Shown: positions 47,516 to 58,700 of the stretch, in pieces
How positions within the stretch are numbered: the stretch's first letter is position 1
Layout of the letters: each line of letters opens with the position of its first letter
DNA from: Thecamonas trahens ATCC 50062
Lineage: Eukaryota; Protista; Apusomonadida
Length of the DNA stretch: 64,000 nucleotides
Assembly (NCBI RefSeq): GCF_000142905.1
Contig: NW_013657679.1
Span: 652,228 to 716,227, forward strand
Reading direction: 5' to 3'
The notes under the pieces: model-generated
What the model saw: only the letters and a program-made list of their open reading frames with translations
The model's database searches: none
Told to the model about the DNA's origin: nothing
Position numbers and translations under genes: made by a program

Positions 47516-48863
47516 TCACTCAAACTGCTGGATGCGGGCCATGACCTTGGACATGTTGTTCTGGTGGGCCTCGTTGGTGCCGCCACCGATGGAGATGAGG
47601 CGGGCGTCGCGGTAGAGGCGCTCGACCTCGTACTCGCCAACGTAGCCGTAGCCGCCGAGGACCTGGATGGCGCGGTCGGCGACGTCCTTGGCCATGTCTG
47701 CGGCAAAGAGCTTGACGCCATCGGTGTCGAGCTGGTTGCCGTACGAGTCGAGCTCGAGGCGCGAGGCAACCTCGTAGGTGTAGGCACGGCCGGCCATGTA
47801 CTCGGCGTACGAGTTGGCAAGGTGGGCCTTCATCTGGCCGTGCTCGCGCAGCGGCTTGCCGTAGGCCATGCGCTCGGTCGAGTAGTTGTTCATGACCTCG
47901 ATGGAGCGGCGAGCAATGCCAAGCGACATGGCGGCGAGGGTGAGGCGCTCGATCTCAAGGTTGCGCATCATGCACAGCGTGGCGCCGTTGACCTCGCCGA
48001 CGAGGGCGTCGGCCGGGACGACGACGTCCTCAAAGACCAGGCCCGAGGTCGACGAGGCGCGCATGCCGAGCTTGTCCTCGATCTTGGCTCCGGGCTCAAA
48101 GCCGGGCATACCCTTGTCGACAAGGAAGAGCGAGATGCCCTTGGGGCCCTCTGCCGTGCGAGCGTAGACCAGGAAGGCGTCGCCGAGCTCGCGATCCTTG
48201 GACACCGTCCCGTTGGTGATCCACATCTTGGCACCGTTGAGCGTCCACGAGCCGTCGTCGTTGGCGCGGGCTGTCGTCGTCAGGTTGAGCACATCGGTGC
48301 CAACAGCAGGCTCGGACATGCCCATGCCGCACACAAACTCACCCGAGCAGGCCTTGGGCAGGTACTTGAGCTTCTGCTCGTGCGAGCCGTTGACCGCGAG
48401 GTTGTTCACAAACAGCATCGAGTGGGCCAGGTACGAGAGGGTAAAGGCCGGATCGGCAGCAGAGAGCTCTTCATGAGCAATCACCGCACCAACAGCATCC
48501 ATGCCAGAGCCGCCGTACTCCTCGGGCACCGTAATACCAAGGAGCCCGAGCTCAGACCCCAGCCGCCGGAACAGCTCGAGGTTGAACTTTTCCTCGCGGT
48601 TGTGCTCGAGCGCCTGCGGGCGGACCTCCGAGTCAGCAAAGGCGCGGACCTATGACACGAACAAAGTGGGCGTGGAGTGAGCGTGATGTGAGTGGTGGAC
48701 GAGCGAGCAGAGGCGGGGTGACAGGGAGGCAGTTGACGCGTACCGTCTGGCGGAGCAGCTCGTGCTCCTCGGTTGGGTTGTACAGCGACGCGAGGGCCGG
48801 CGCGGCGGTGGAGAGCGAACGGCGGCAAGCAGTGGCAAGTGCCGACGAGGTGAGGGCAAACAT
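47516..48863 (-). CDS. IVD: isovaleryl-CoA dehydrogenase; join(47516..48649,48744..48863)
   Basis: Mitochondrial presequence, LGLLGITVPEEYGG, LSYLAHS, GMSEP..GTD, NGAKMWITNG, KLGMRAS, QVLGGYGY..YRDARL..IGGGTNE. Intron 48650..48743 GTACGC...TAG. Confidence 0.92.
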
Positions 48864-49168
48864 GAAGTGCGGAGGGAGAGTGGAAGGGAGGAGGTTTGGT
48901 GTGGTAGCTTGGTGGGGGAGGGGGGAGAGAGTAGAGAGGTGGAAAGGCTGACGTGATGTGGGGAGGGGGGGTTTGGTGGGGGGGGCGGGCGGTTGGGGTG
49001 GGCGTGATCGTGATCGGGATCGCTGTTGCGATGACGATCGTGATCGTGATCGCGTTTGGGGAGGCCGGAAGGTCGTCCCTGGGAGGATGCAACCAGCGAG
49101 GGGGGGGGGGGAGGAGACGCTCGAGAAGCGCACACGTGTCTCTAAGGGTATAGAGAAGGGCGTGAGGG

Positions 49169-50240
49169 ATGGCAGCACCTGCACCTGGGAGTCGTCGGTT
49201 TGTACCGGCCAATCCGCCTGTGGGGTACCGGCTGTATGTGGACGAGTTCTCGGAGGAGAAGGAGCGAGACCGTATCCGGAGGTCTGGAGGGCGCATCTGC
49301 CCGCTCTTTGCCAAGGGCAAGTGCTTCCGTGGAAGGTCATGTCCCGACTCGCACTCGCGTGCTGCGCTTAATGCACCTGTCTGCAAGCATTGGTTGCGTG
49401 GCCTCTGCAAGCGCGGTGCTGAGCTCTGTACCTACCTCCACGAGTTCTCGCTCGACCGCATGCCTCGCTGCCAGTTCTGGGAGCTGTACAACGTACGTGA
49501 TGTGAAGGAGGTGTGTGCGCATGGATGACACGCGTGTGTGTATGTGTGGATGTGTGTACTCACGGGGGGTCTGTGGTTGGGCGGCGGCGGACGACTTGCG
49601 ACTGATGGTGGCGCTGCGAGGGTAGGAGTGCTCGAACGCAGATTGCCTGTTCCTACATCTGGCGCCCGAGGTGACCAACACCGAGTGCCCGTGGTTCCGG
49701 CGCGGATTCTGCAGGCTTGGTAGCGACTGCCCGCAGCAGCACACCAAGAAGCGGGCGTGCGATAACTACCTGCTCGGGTTCTGCCCGGACGGGCCCAACT
49801 GCCCGTTCGGCCATCCGAAGTTTGAGGTTCCGGAGGATGCTTTTGATGTCTCGGCAGCAGCGCTCACACAGTCGCAGCTTCTCTGCCCGCGGTGTAACGA
49901 GTCGGGCCATCGAGCCATTGACTGTCCCAACATCAAGGCCAATCACGTGCAGCTGCTCATGGGCCACCTCGACGACGAGCCGGCAGACACGGCCGAGCAG
50001 GCCAAGGCCCAGCTGCGCCGGCTGACCGGCGGCGGTTCGGCGGCCAACCCTATGATTATCGACGGGGCGGCCGCGCCGGTTCCGCGTGCCGCAGGCGGTG
50101 CAGCCTCGTACCGCCGGTCGCGCGCCTCGCGGGGCGCAACACTCTCGGTTGGCAAGTGGTCGGCGTCGGGCGGGGGTGGGACCGGCTCCAACTCGATGCC
50201 CATCGCCCCCAACCCGCGCTACGACGGCGCATCTAGCTAG
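49169..50240 (+). CDS. CPSF4: CPSF30/YTH1 (five CCCH fingers + zinc knuckle); join(49169..49492,49626..50240)
   Basis: VCKHWLRGLCK, CPWFRRGFC.LG..C..QH, CDNYLLGFCPDGPNC..GHPKF, CPRCNESGHRAIDC. Intron 49493..49625 (GTACGT...TAG) splits finger 3. Confidence 0.93.
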
Positions 50241-50264
50241 AACCGCTTCTGTAAACGCGCATGT

Positions 50265-51113
50265 TCACTGGCCGAACGTCTCGGCATCCTTGAGGTACTC
50301 GTCCTCCTCGGGTGTGTTCTCGCGGCCGAGCACCTTGTTGCGGTGCGGGTAGCGGCCGAAGCGGCGGACAATGTCGCCATGGTCAATCGCGTACTGCAGG
50401 TAGTTCTCGCAGAGCGAGACAACCTCATCCGGGTGGGCGTCCTTTTTCGCGCGCTCGACCAGTCGCTCTGTCTGCTCCTCCATCACGCCCTGGTCTTCGA
50501 TCGACTCCGAGTGCTCAAACGGGAGGAGGACAAAGCCAGCGACAACCGGATGGACGCGGTCGACAAGGCCATCGGCGACGGCGTCGTTCGCCAGCTGCAG
50601 CGCAATGGAATCGCCAGCAAAGGCCTGCGCGGAGCCGCGGAACATGTTGCGGGTAAACTGGTCGAGTACCAGAAGCTTGGCCACCCGGCCGGCATCATTG
50701 CTCTCCCACGAGGCCAGGCCGCCGGCGAGCGCGGCCGACACGGCTCCACCAAACTTGGACTTGATGGCCTCGTCGATAGCCTCGCCGCCCTTAAACCACA
50801 CATCGTACTTGATGGCAGGCTCAACTAGGCGGCCGTCACCAAACCAAAAGTCGAGCACCTCGGCCACACTCTCGGCATCGTCTGGCGTCAGCTCGGCGCT
50901 GGTGGCGGTGGTGGTGGCAGTGGCGGAAGGAGCCGGGTGACCCGGACTGACCCACGACACAGGCGGCACACTCCAGAACGAGCGAGTAGGCATGGCCCCT
51001 TGGTTCGGGACAGGATAGTACCCATACGCCGGCATGGGCATCGGGTAGCGGTACGCGAACGGCGGCGCAAAGTATAGCGAAGGAGCGCAGAAGAGCGGCA
51101 GGCGACCGAACAT
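50265..51113 (-). CDS. DUF924 family protein
   Basis: VLDFWFG, WF..G..D..I..KF, LLVLDQFTRNMFRGS..AFAGD, LPFEHSE, H..IVRRFGRYPHRNKVLGRENT.EE. Confidence 0.93.
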   Translation of the reverse strand: MFGRLPLFCAPSLYFAPPFAYRYPMPMPAYGYYPVPNQGAMPTRSFWSVPPVSWVSPGHPAPSATATTTATSAELTPDDAESVAEVLDFWFGDGRLVEPAIKYDVWFKGGEAIDEAIKSKFGGAVSAALAGGLASWESNDAGRVAKLLVLDQFTRNMFRGSAQAFAGDSIALQLANDAVADGLVDRVHPVVAGFVLLPFEHSESIEDQGVMEEQTERLVERAKKDAHPDEVVSLCENYLQYAIDHGDIVRRFGRYPHRNKVLGRENTPEEDEYLKDAETFGQ

Positions 51114-51151
51114 GTTGGGCTGACGGCGAAAAGTGTGCGAGCGCAGGTGCT

Positions 51152-52711
51152 TTACGGAGTCGAAGCCGGGGCCGAGGCCATGCGAGCGTAGAGAGTGGCT
51201 GTGGCGGCGCGATGGGCTTTGCGGCGGCGGCGAGTACGCTTGGCGAGGGCGGCAGCCGCAGCGTGGCCTGGATCAAGCTCGAGAACAGCCTCGCAGTCGG
51301 CGATGGCTGCGTCGTGGTCTTGTATGCACAGGGCGGCGCGGGCGCGGACGAGCCGCGCCTTGATGAGGACGGCGGGCGTGACAGCATCGGGCGGAGCGCG
51401 GATCTTGCGGCGGATGTCGAGCGCACGGGTGGCGGCAGAGATTGCCGGGCGGTGCGCGCCGGCGCGAAAGTGCAGCATGGCCGCGTTGGTGTAGCACGCG
51501 GCCTCGAGCCGGGCGCGGGCAGCTCGAGCGGGCGCGTCCATGGACTCGGCGTCTGATGAGGCAAAGAGCCACTGAGCAGCCTCGTAGACTTGCATGGCGC
51601 GGCGGAATCGTTGCGCGTTAAAGTATGTGTTGCCTACAGTCTTGGCGGTTTGCAGCGCGTCGAGCTTGCACTGCGGGCAGAGCTCGTGGTTCGGCGTGCC
51701 ACGGTCGACGTCCGACAGTCGGATCGCGACACAGGTAAGCCCACCGTCACCGTCGCTCTGGACAGCTATGCACGCCTCACCGAGCCGCATGGTGCACACA
51801 GTGTACTCTACGAGGTCGTCTTCGCGGCTTCCGTCCGAGATGGCAAACTGGGTCGACTCGCCATCGACGGCCACCCGCACTGACTGGCCCGGGACCGGCG
51901 AGACAAACGACTCGGCCGGCTCAAACACATACTTGAGAGCAGCATCGCTGACAGAGCTCGGCAGGGTCTCGGTCCAAAGGTGTGGCTGGCCCCACGCCAG
52001 TGCGTCCTTGGTCGCTCGGGTCGGATCAAGGGCGTGCATGCCGACACGGACGACGTCGACGCTTGCCACCAGTTCGACGTCAGCGCGCCACAGCAGGTCA
52101 CCGCTGTCATTAGCATCGGGACCGAGCCCTGCGGCACCCACAAACGTCGCACACTCACCGGCGACCATCGAGTCCAGACCGACATGCAGCAGGGCACCGC
52201 CGAGCGTGCGGAGCAGGCCTGCGTCGAGCACAAGCAGACCTTCAGGAAGGCTAGCTTCGGTGGCGCGGGCACGCTCAACAGCGGCCACCAGGGCAAGGCG
52301 AGCCTGGCTCTCAGTGCGCCAGCTTCGGTCCGGCGAGCTCTCGCCACGAGCTGCCTCTTCCCAGGCTAGAGGGTCTGTGTCGTCTGTCGAGTCGGTGGCG
52401 GTGAGGTTGCGAGCGACAGCAGCTGGCGAGAGGCCGTCGGCATTGCTCGCGCGATACAAGACCCAGTTGGCCCAGAGGAGCGCACCTGGCCGTGGCCGCT
52501 CCCATGCGTCGGTGGCACGAGAGCGAAGGATCTTGATGAGACTCCCGGACAGAGTTAGCGGAGCCGAGTCGCCGATGTCCAGCTCATCGACAGCGACGCG
52601 CTTCGAGTCGGCATCGGCAGCCGGCTCATCGTCCGACGATGAATGGCCGAGGAAGCCGTAGCCACCACTAAAGTGAGTCGCCATGCCGCTGAGCATTTCC
52701 TCGTCGTCCAT
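51152..52711 (-). CDS. FKBP-like/TPR protein (degenerate PPIase-like domains + C-terminal TPRs)
   Basis: GSLIKILR, GLDSMVAGECATF, TMRLGE. TPRs: KTVGNTYF, CYTNAAM, KARLVRARA..AAIADCEAVLELDPGH. Confidence 0.75.
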   Translation of the reverse strand: MDDEEMLSGMATHFSGGYGFLGHSSSDDEPAADADSKRVAVDELDIGDSAPLTLSGSLIKILRSRATDAWERPRPGALLWANWVLYRASNADGLSPAAVARNLTATDSTDDTDPLAWEEAARGESSPDRSWRTESQARLALVAAVERARATEASLPEGLLVLDAGLLRTLGGALLHVGLDSMVAGECATFVGAAGLGPDANDSGDLLWRADVELVASVDVVRVGMHALDPTRATKDALAWGQPHLWTETLPSSVSDAALKYVFEPAESFVSPVPGQSVRVAVDGESTQFAISDGSREDDLVEYTVCTMRLGEACIAVQSDGDGGLTCVAIRLSDVDRGTPNHELCPQCKLDALQTAKTVGNTYFNAQRFRRAMQVYEAAQWLFASSDAESMDAPARAARARLEAACYTNAAMLHFRAGAHRPAISAATRALDIRRKIRAPPDAVTPAVLIKARLVRARAALCIQDHDAAIADCEAVLELDPGHAAAAALAKRTRRRRKAHRAATATLYARMASAPASTP

Positions 52712-52777
52712 TGTGGGAGTAGGGAGTAGGGGATATATAAATGTAGAGGGATTGAGAGACAAGTGGGGCGAGTGGCG

Positions 52778-53848
52778 TTACTGTTGATGCGGCGGCTGAC
52801 AGGCAAGGTCACGGGCCCAATGCTCGAGCTTAGAGGCAAAGCCGCCGAGCTCGACAAGTTGGGCTCGTGCGGTGGCATGGGCATCGTCGAGAGACTGATT
52901 CTCACGCTGGAGGTTGATGATCTCAAGCAGCGCAGCCTCGAGCCGCATCTCGGCGTCCTCGGCCCGGCGCGTCAGCGCGCTCGGGTCGAGTTCGCTTGCC
53001 CAGCGAGGCGGTGGGCTGGCGGGCTCGTCTGAGGCTTGGACGGCGACGGTTGCATAGGACGGCGACGCTTGAACTTCAGCTGATGATGCGCTCGGAGTCA
53101 CTTGAATGGCGATGTCGGCGGTAGCAGGCGCGGCGGCGTGGATGACAGCCTCAGCCTCGTGCAGTCGCGCGCGAAGAGCGGTTGCGTCACGCTCGTGGGC
53201 GAGAGCGGTTCGCTTCCACACTTGGACCGAAGCAAGTGCGCTTTGCAGTCGATCTTCCAGGATGTCGACGACTGACGCGCGTGGCGGCGGAGTCGTTGCT
53301 TTGAGCGCGGGTGGAGACGCGGGCTCGGGCTCGGCGGCCTGGATGCCCTCTGCGGCGGCGACGCGCTCGGCCATGGCAACGTTGCGCTCAGAGGCAGCGA
53401 CTAGGTTCTTGCGCATTGCTGTCGAGGCGGTCATGGCGCGAGCGGCAGCCGATTGGGCGCTTGTCTCCGAGGCGCGGGCATCGGCGACGGCGCGGGCAGC
53501 GGCGGCTTGGGCTGTAGCGACCTTGAGCGCGGCAGCAGCCTCAGCGGCGGCGATCTTTGAGGCAGCAGCAGCTTCAGCAGCATCGGCACGCGCATGTGCA
53601 GCGCGAGCTTCTTCGCGAGCAGCAGCGAGCTCGGCGGTGAGCCGGGCGCCGGTGTTAATGATGGGAAGGCCGCCGTTGGCAGCGGTAACAGGCACGCGGT
53701 GCTGGCGCACAGCCGAGGCGGAGCGGAGGAGTACCGACGAGGTGAGGGCGTCAATACGGTCAGACTCTGCCTGCCATGTGCTTACTCTAGAGTGCCATGC
53801 CTCTGGTGACGCGCGAGAGTACGAGAGCGACGGATGGCTGTAGTCCAT
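52778..53848 (-). CDS. hypothetical Ala-rich coiled-coil protein
   Basis: Heptad/Ala-rich helical part of ORF 52778..54655. Start inferred at MDYSHP. Confidence 0.6.
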   Translation of the reverse strand: MDYSHPSLSYSRASPEAWHSRVSTWQAESDRIDALTSSVLLRSASAVRQHRVPVTAANGGLPIINTGARLTAELAAAREEARAAHARADAAEAAAASKIAAAEAAAALKVATAQAAAARAVADARASETSAQSAAARAMTASTAMRKNLVAASERNVAMAERVAAAEGIQAAEPEPASPPALKATTPPPRASVVDILEDRLQSALASVQVWKRTALAHERDATALRARLHEAEAVIHAAAPATADIAIQVTPSASSAEVQASPSYATVAVQASDEPASPPPRWASELDPSALTRRAEDAEMRLEAALLEIINLQRENQSLDDAHATARAQLVELGGFASKLEHWARDLACQPPHQQ

Positions 53849-54180
53849 TCGGCGGGGTGAGGGTGAGGGGGAGGGTGGGGGAGAGCGGTGTGGCGGCTTT
53901 ACGACGAGGCGACTACACCGGTGGCGACAAACGGATATTGAGATGCAAGGATCTCGAATGATATGAGTTGTAGCCATGGTGGTCCGATGGTACGCTGGGC
54001 TGAGCAGGAGCAGCCGCGTCTCAGGTCTCGGCGCCTCGGCGCCTCGGCGCCTCGGGACCTTGGCATGGTCCGAGCTGCAGTCAGCGTGAACGGCGGTGCG
54101 GAGACTAGTAGCGAGACATGTTGCATGTAGAAGAGATGGCGATTGGGCATGCAGAAAGGGAGGTGTAGGTACAGAGGGGG

Positions 54181-54532
54181 TCATGTGAGCCAGGCCGGCT
54201 TGAGGACGGCGGTGACGAGGAGATCGACGACTGTGATGGGGAGAGGACGGCGGGTGAGTGGGAGTGATGACGCATGTGCGGCGAGTGCAGATGCAAGGTG
54301 GCAAGAGCGTACGGTAGGCACCAGCATACCAGCCGGCGAGGTTGGAGAGGAACGGAACAGACTCTGCCAGCGAGGACTTGAGCCGGTGGAGCTCGGTGAT
54401 GAGCTCGCGCTCCAGCTGCTCCTCCTCGGTGAGCTCACGGAGGTACTGAAGGGTCTGTTGCCGCCGTACCGCACGCAGGTGGGTCTCGGCCACGGTCTGC
54501 ACCGGGTGGACACTCGCGAGAGGGTCTGCCAT
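54181..54532 (-). CDS. small hypothetical coiled-coil protein with probable intron 54231..54329; 3' frame uncertain
   Basis: MADPLAS..LRELTEEEQLERELITELHRLK. GTATGC donor and CAG acceptor. Confidence 0.4.
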
Positions 54533-54893
54533 GTGTGTGCGGAGGACGGCGAGTGAGGTGATGAGGACGGGGGATCGATTGACGAGCAGTCGAACTGTTG
54601 GTTGTCCGGCGGCTGGGCGAGTTGGGGGATTGGACAGTTGGCACGAGATATACATTTATGTTTCACCCGATTAGTACAGATAGCAAAGCGAAACGAGTCT
54701 GGATGGGATGTGGAATGCGTGCGTGTGTAGCGTCAGTGAGTGCAGATGGGCCAAACGCGTGCGTGTGTGTGTGATGGGGACATGTGGCGTCGTGGTGTGT
54801 GGTCGAGGTTAATTGAGTGAGATTGATTGTGGCGGGGCGAGACTGGGTGGCACGAAATATGCAGTTATGCGGTGAATTTGGGCGCGCCAGCGG

Positions 54894-54900
54894 TATAAAA
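54894..54900 (+). promoter_or_regulatory. TATA box of the histone H4 gene
   Basis: TATAAAA 70 nt upstream of the ATG in a GC-rich background. Confidence 0.65.
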
Positions 54901-54933
54901 CGCGGCGCACTCATCCGTCGTCGCCCACTCTAA

Positions 54934-55275
<342 letters not shown>

Positions 55276-55333
55276 GCATGGTGTCGCTGGCGGGCGCAAG
55301 CTCACAGCAACAACAGCAACAACAACAACAACC

Positions 55334-55357
55334 TGTGTTCTTTTCAGAACACACCAC
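55334..55357 (+). promoter_or_regulatory. histone mRNA 3' stem-loop
   Basis: TGTGTTCT-TTTC-AGAACACA followed by CCAC, about 60 nt after the H4 stop and preceded by a CAA-rich run. Confidence 0.8.
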
Positions 55358-55774
55358 GTAGCGCAGCTTGGGCAGCAAATGAAGAAACCAAATCATGCAG
55401 GCGATTGGTGGGGGTGGGCCGTTGACGACGACGCCGACCTTGATCGGGGAGGGGGGTACGCGAGTGCGCGGCGGGAGCACATCTACATGCGGGTCACCGT
55501 GCGAATCGGCACGATGCGCGGAGACTGAAGGCTAGCGCAGTCAATGGAAGGAGATCTCCAGCTGTCGGGCCAGTGGCGCGACCACTTGGCAGGCAACAGA
55601 TGGGGTTGCGTTGCGTTGGGCCGTGATACAAACGATTGTGGCAGCTTTAATTGGCCCTTTGCCGAGACGGTGACGATTGCGGCAGGAGACTAATCAAATT
55701 GGTACAGCCACCACCCTCAGCGTTACTGCCCGCAGCAGCACCTCTCCCCGTCCGAATAGACTTACTGAAAGCCC

Positions 55775-58700
55775 ATGCGTTGTGGAGGGCGTGGTTATAC
55801 AAGACGTTCTTTGCCCTTGTATCGGGTGCTTTGTGGTGCTGTCCTGGTGGCTGTCTTGGCCTTGGCGGTGCCAGCATGGGGAGTGACAATCAACGTGGCT
55901 CCAAGTGGTCAAGTGATCTCCATTGTCGTGGCGGTTAGCGGGGCGGCCAACGGTGACGTAGTGGCGATTCCTGCTGGAACATGGCGTGGGTGCCAAGTCC
56001 CGATTACTGGGCGCGGGGATGGTGCGGCTGTGACGCTGGCTGGCGCCGGTGCCGGAGTGACGATCATCGACTGCGAGCACTCGAGCCACCGTGCGTTCTC
56101 GTTCCCGACATCTGGATTTTCAGCGAAGTTTGTCATCGAGGATCTGACGGTCCGGGGCGGCGGCTCGCTGACCAATGCCAACTACTCGAGCGGCGGCTGC
56201 ATGCTTGTTGGCGCTAGCTCTGATGTGACGCTTCAACGAGTGGTCGTCGAGTCTTGCTCGCTGGTCGGAACCGATTTTGCCACCTACCGAGGTGGCGCCA
56301 TCCGGGTCCAGTCGTCGGGACAGCTCACGCTGATCGACACGATAGTCCGGGATTCGACAGCATCGAAGGGAGGATGTGTGTATTACTCTGGTTCAAAGCG
56401 AGCCAAGATGGACGGCACCACCATTACTGGGTGTGTTGCCAGCGGCGATGGAGGCGGAGTGTTTGCGACCATCGACCACCATTTTGTCATCAACGGGAGT
56501 GGCCTCGAGGTGCGTGACAACTACGCGGGTGGGTCTGGAGGCGGTCTGTACATCGTCGGCGAAACGGAAGTGTCCCAGTCAGCGATGCTCAATGTGAGCA
56601 ACAATGTGGCAGAGGTCCGTGGCGGTGGCGTGTGTGTTTCTGGCGATGATGTGTCGGGCACGTTCAACGCCGGAGTCATTGCTGGCAACTCGGCCGGCGT
56701 GTGTGGTGGAGGCATGGCCTGGTGGGGCGAGGCCGAGGTTGAAATCCGCGATATGCTTGTTTCCGACAACTCTGCGGTCGCCGGCGGTGGATTGTGCCTC
56801 GATGATTCTGGAAGCGGGCTGTCTGGGACTTTGGTTGAGGGCGTCACCATCACCAACAACGTGGCAGCCACAACTGGCGGTGGGGTTTACATCAAGTCTG
56901 GCGAGTTTACCTTTGACGACACGCAGCTGCTTTCAAACACTGCAGTTTCTGGATCGGGAGTCTTTGTCGAGAGCGGTGCCGAGCCTGAGATCACCAACTC
57001 GTTTGTGTCTGGCAACCTTGCGCTCGAGGGCGGCGCGTTCGAAACAAGCGGATCGAATGGCACAATCGGTGTGTCCAACACAGTCGTCTGCTCTAACATT
57101 GGTGTCCTGGTGCACAACTCGGATGTGCGCTGTGGCGGTGGCTCCCGCTTTGACAACGCGATGGACGGCGGATGTGCTTCGAACACGTTTTGCAAACGGA
57201 GCGCGACTGCTTGCACGTACGCCGGAGGAGCACCAGCCAGCTGTTCTGGAGGGTGCGCGCCGGGATACAGCGGCGTGCGCTGTGATGTGTTGGTGGATTG
57301 CGAGACTGTGGCAGCCAACGGCTCGTGTTCTAGCTGCGCGTCGGGATTCATGAAGAGCACCGTACCTGGTCCGAGTTTTGGGAGCTGTCTGACTGCTCCA
57401 AGCGTGCATTCTCCGCCGCCACCACGGCCGCCGCCACCAAGCCCGCCTATGCCGCCGAGCCCCTCGCCTCCTCCTCCGCCACCCTCGCCGATCTCGTCTC
57501 CACCGCCAAGTCCTCCGCCACCATCGGCAGAGTCCAAGCTCCCAGATCCGATCTCGTGGTCGCTTACCCCGTCCGTCTCGCCGTATGCTGGTGGGGTGGA
57601 GATGACTCTGCGGCGAACAAGAGCAACATCAGCGGTGCCTGCGTTTGAAGTCGGCGCAAGATACGCCATGACTATGCCTGTCTTTGCCGCGCCTGTGGAT
57701 GACGCGCCAGTTACGACGGCGTCGATCGTGGCGCAGGCCATCGACGCCAACACGCTCAAGTTTACCTCGGTGGCGTCGAACAAGACCATGTATCATCCGC
57801 TGGAGCTGTTTGTGGGAAGCAGAAGCGTCCAGCTTGCCAAGCTCATTACCTATGTCGAGCATCAGTGTTACGACGAGGGCTTTGTATGGTACGGCTCGCG
57901 GTGCCGGTCGTGCAGCGAGTTTGATGGCGCGTTCTGCCCGGGGGGCACGCGGTTTTGGCCGCTTGCAGGCTACTGGTCGCCGGGTGAGGGCGTGCCACCG
58001 ACACGATGCCAGGTCCCTGCAGCGTGTCCCGGCGCGTTGGGTGAGCGTGACAAGTATCCGCCGCGCATGGACGTGACAGGGCAGCGGATCACGGCGCAGT
58101 GCGCGACGGGCTTCTCGGGCGAGTTTTGCTCCACATGCGCAACCAACTACTACAAGGAGTATGGCGTTTGCCGCGCGTGCGGAGCCGATGACACTGTGCG
58201 GACAGAGGTGACACTGATGCTCTTGGTGGCCTCTGTCTACTTTTTGGTGGTCCTTGTGGCGCTGTTTGTGCTCTCGGCGAGAAGCCTGGTGTTGATCGTG
58301 TCCGTGCTCGTTGTCCTCCAGCAGGTAGTGACCGTGTGCAAGGTCGGCTTGCAGCACCTCTCGACGTCACTCTCGTCACCGGTCTTTCCCACCATTGTGC
58401 GGGTGCTCTCGATCATCAACTTTGAAGTCGAGGTGGTGAAACCAGGGTGCACCGTTGGCGCGCTCTCGTTCACCAGTCTCTACTACGGCACGATTGGCCT
58501 CATCTGCTTTGCGGGACTTTGCTTCATTGGTGTGGTTTGGCTGCGGACCCACTCGTGCCTCGCCGCTAGCCGCGTCTCGCATCTCAGCGTTGTGCTCCCG
58601 TCAGTAAGCTCTGGCTCTAGCTCGGTGTCGACGACTTCAGAGGACGAAGAGCAAGAGTCCAAGGACGGAGAGCGCTCGGCATCAGGCAAGGACACGAGGC

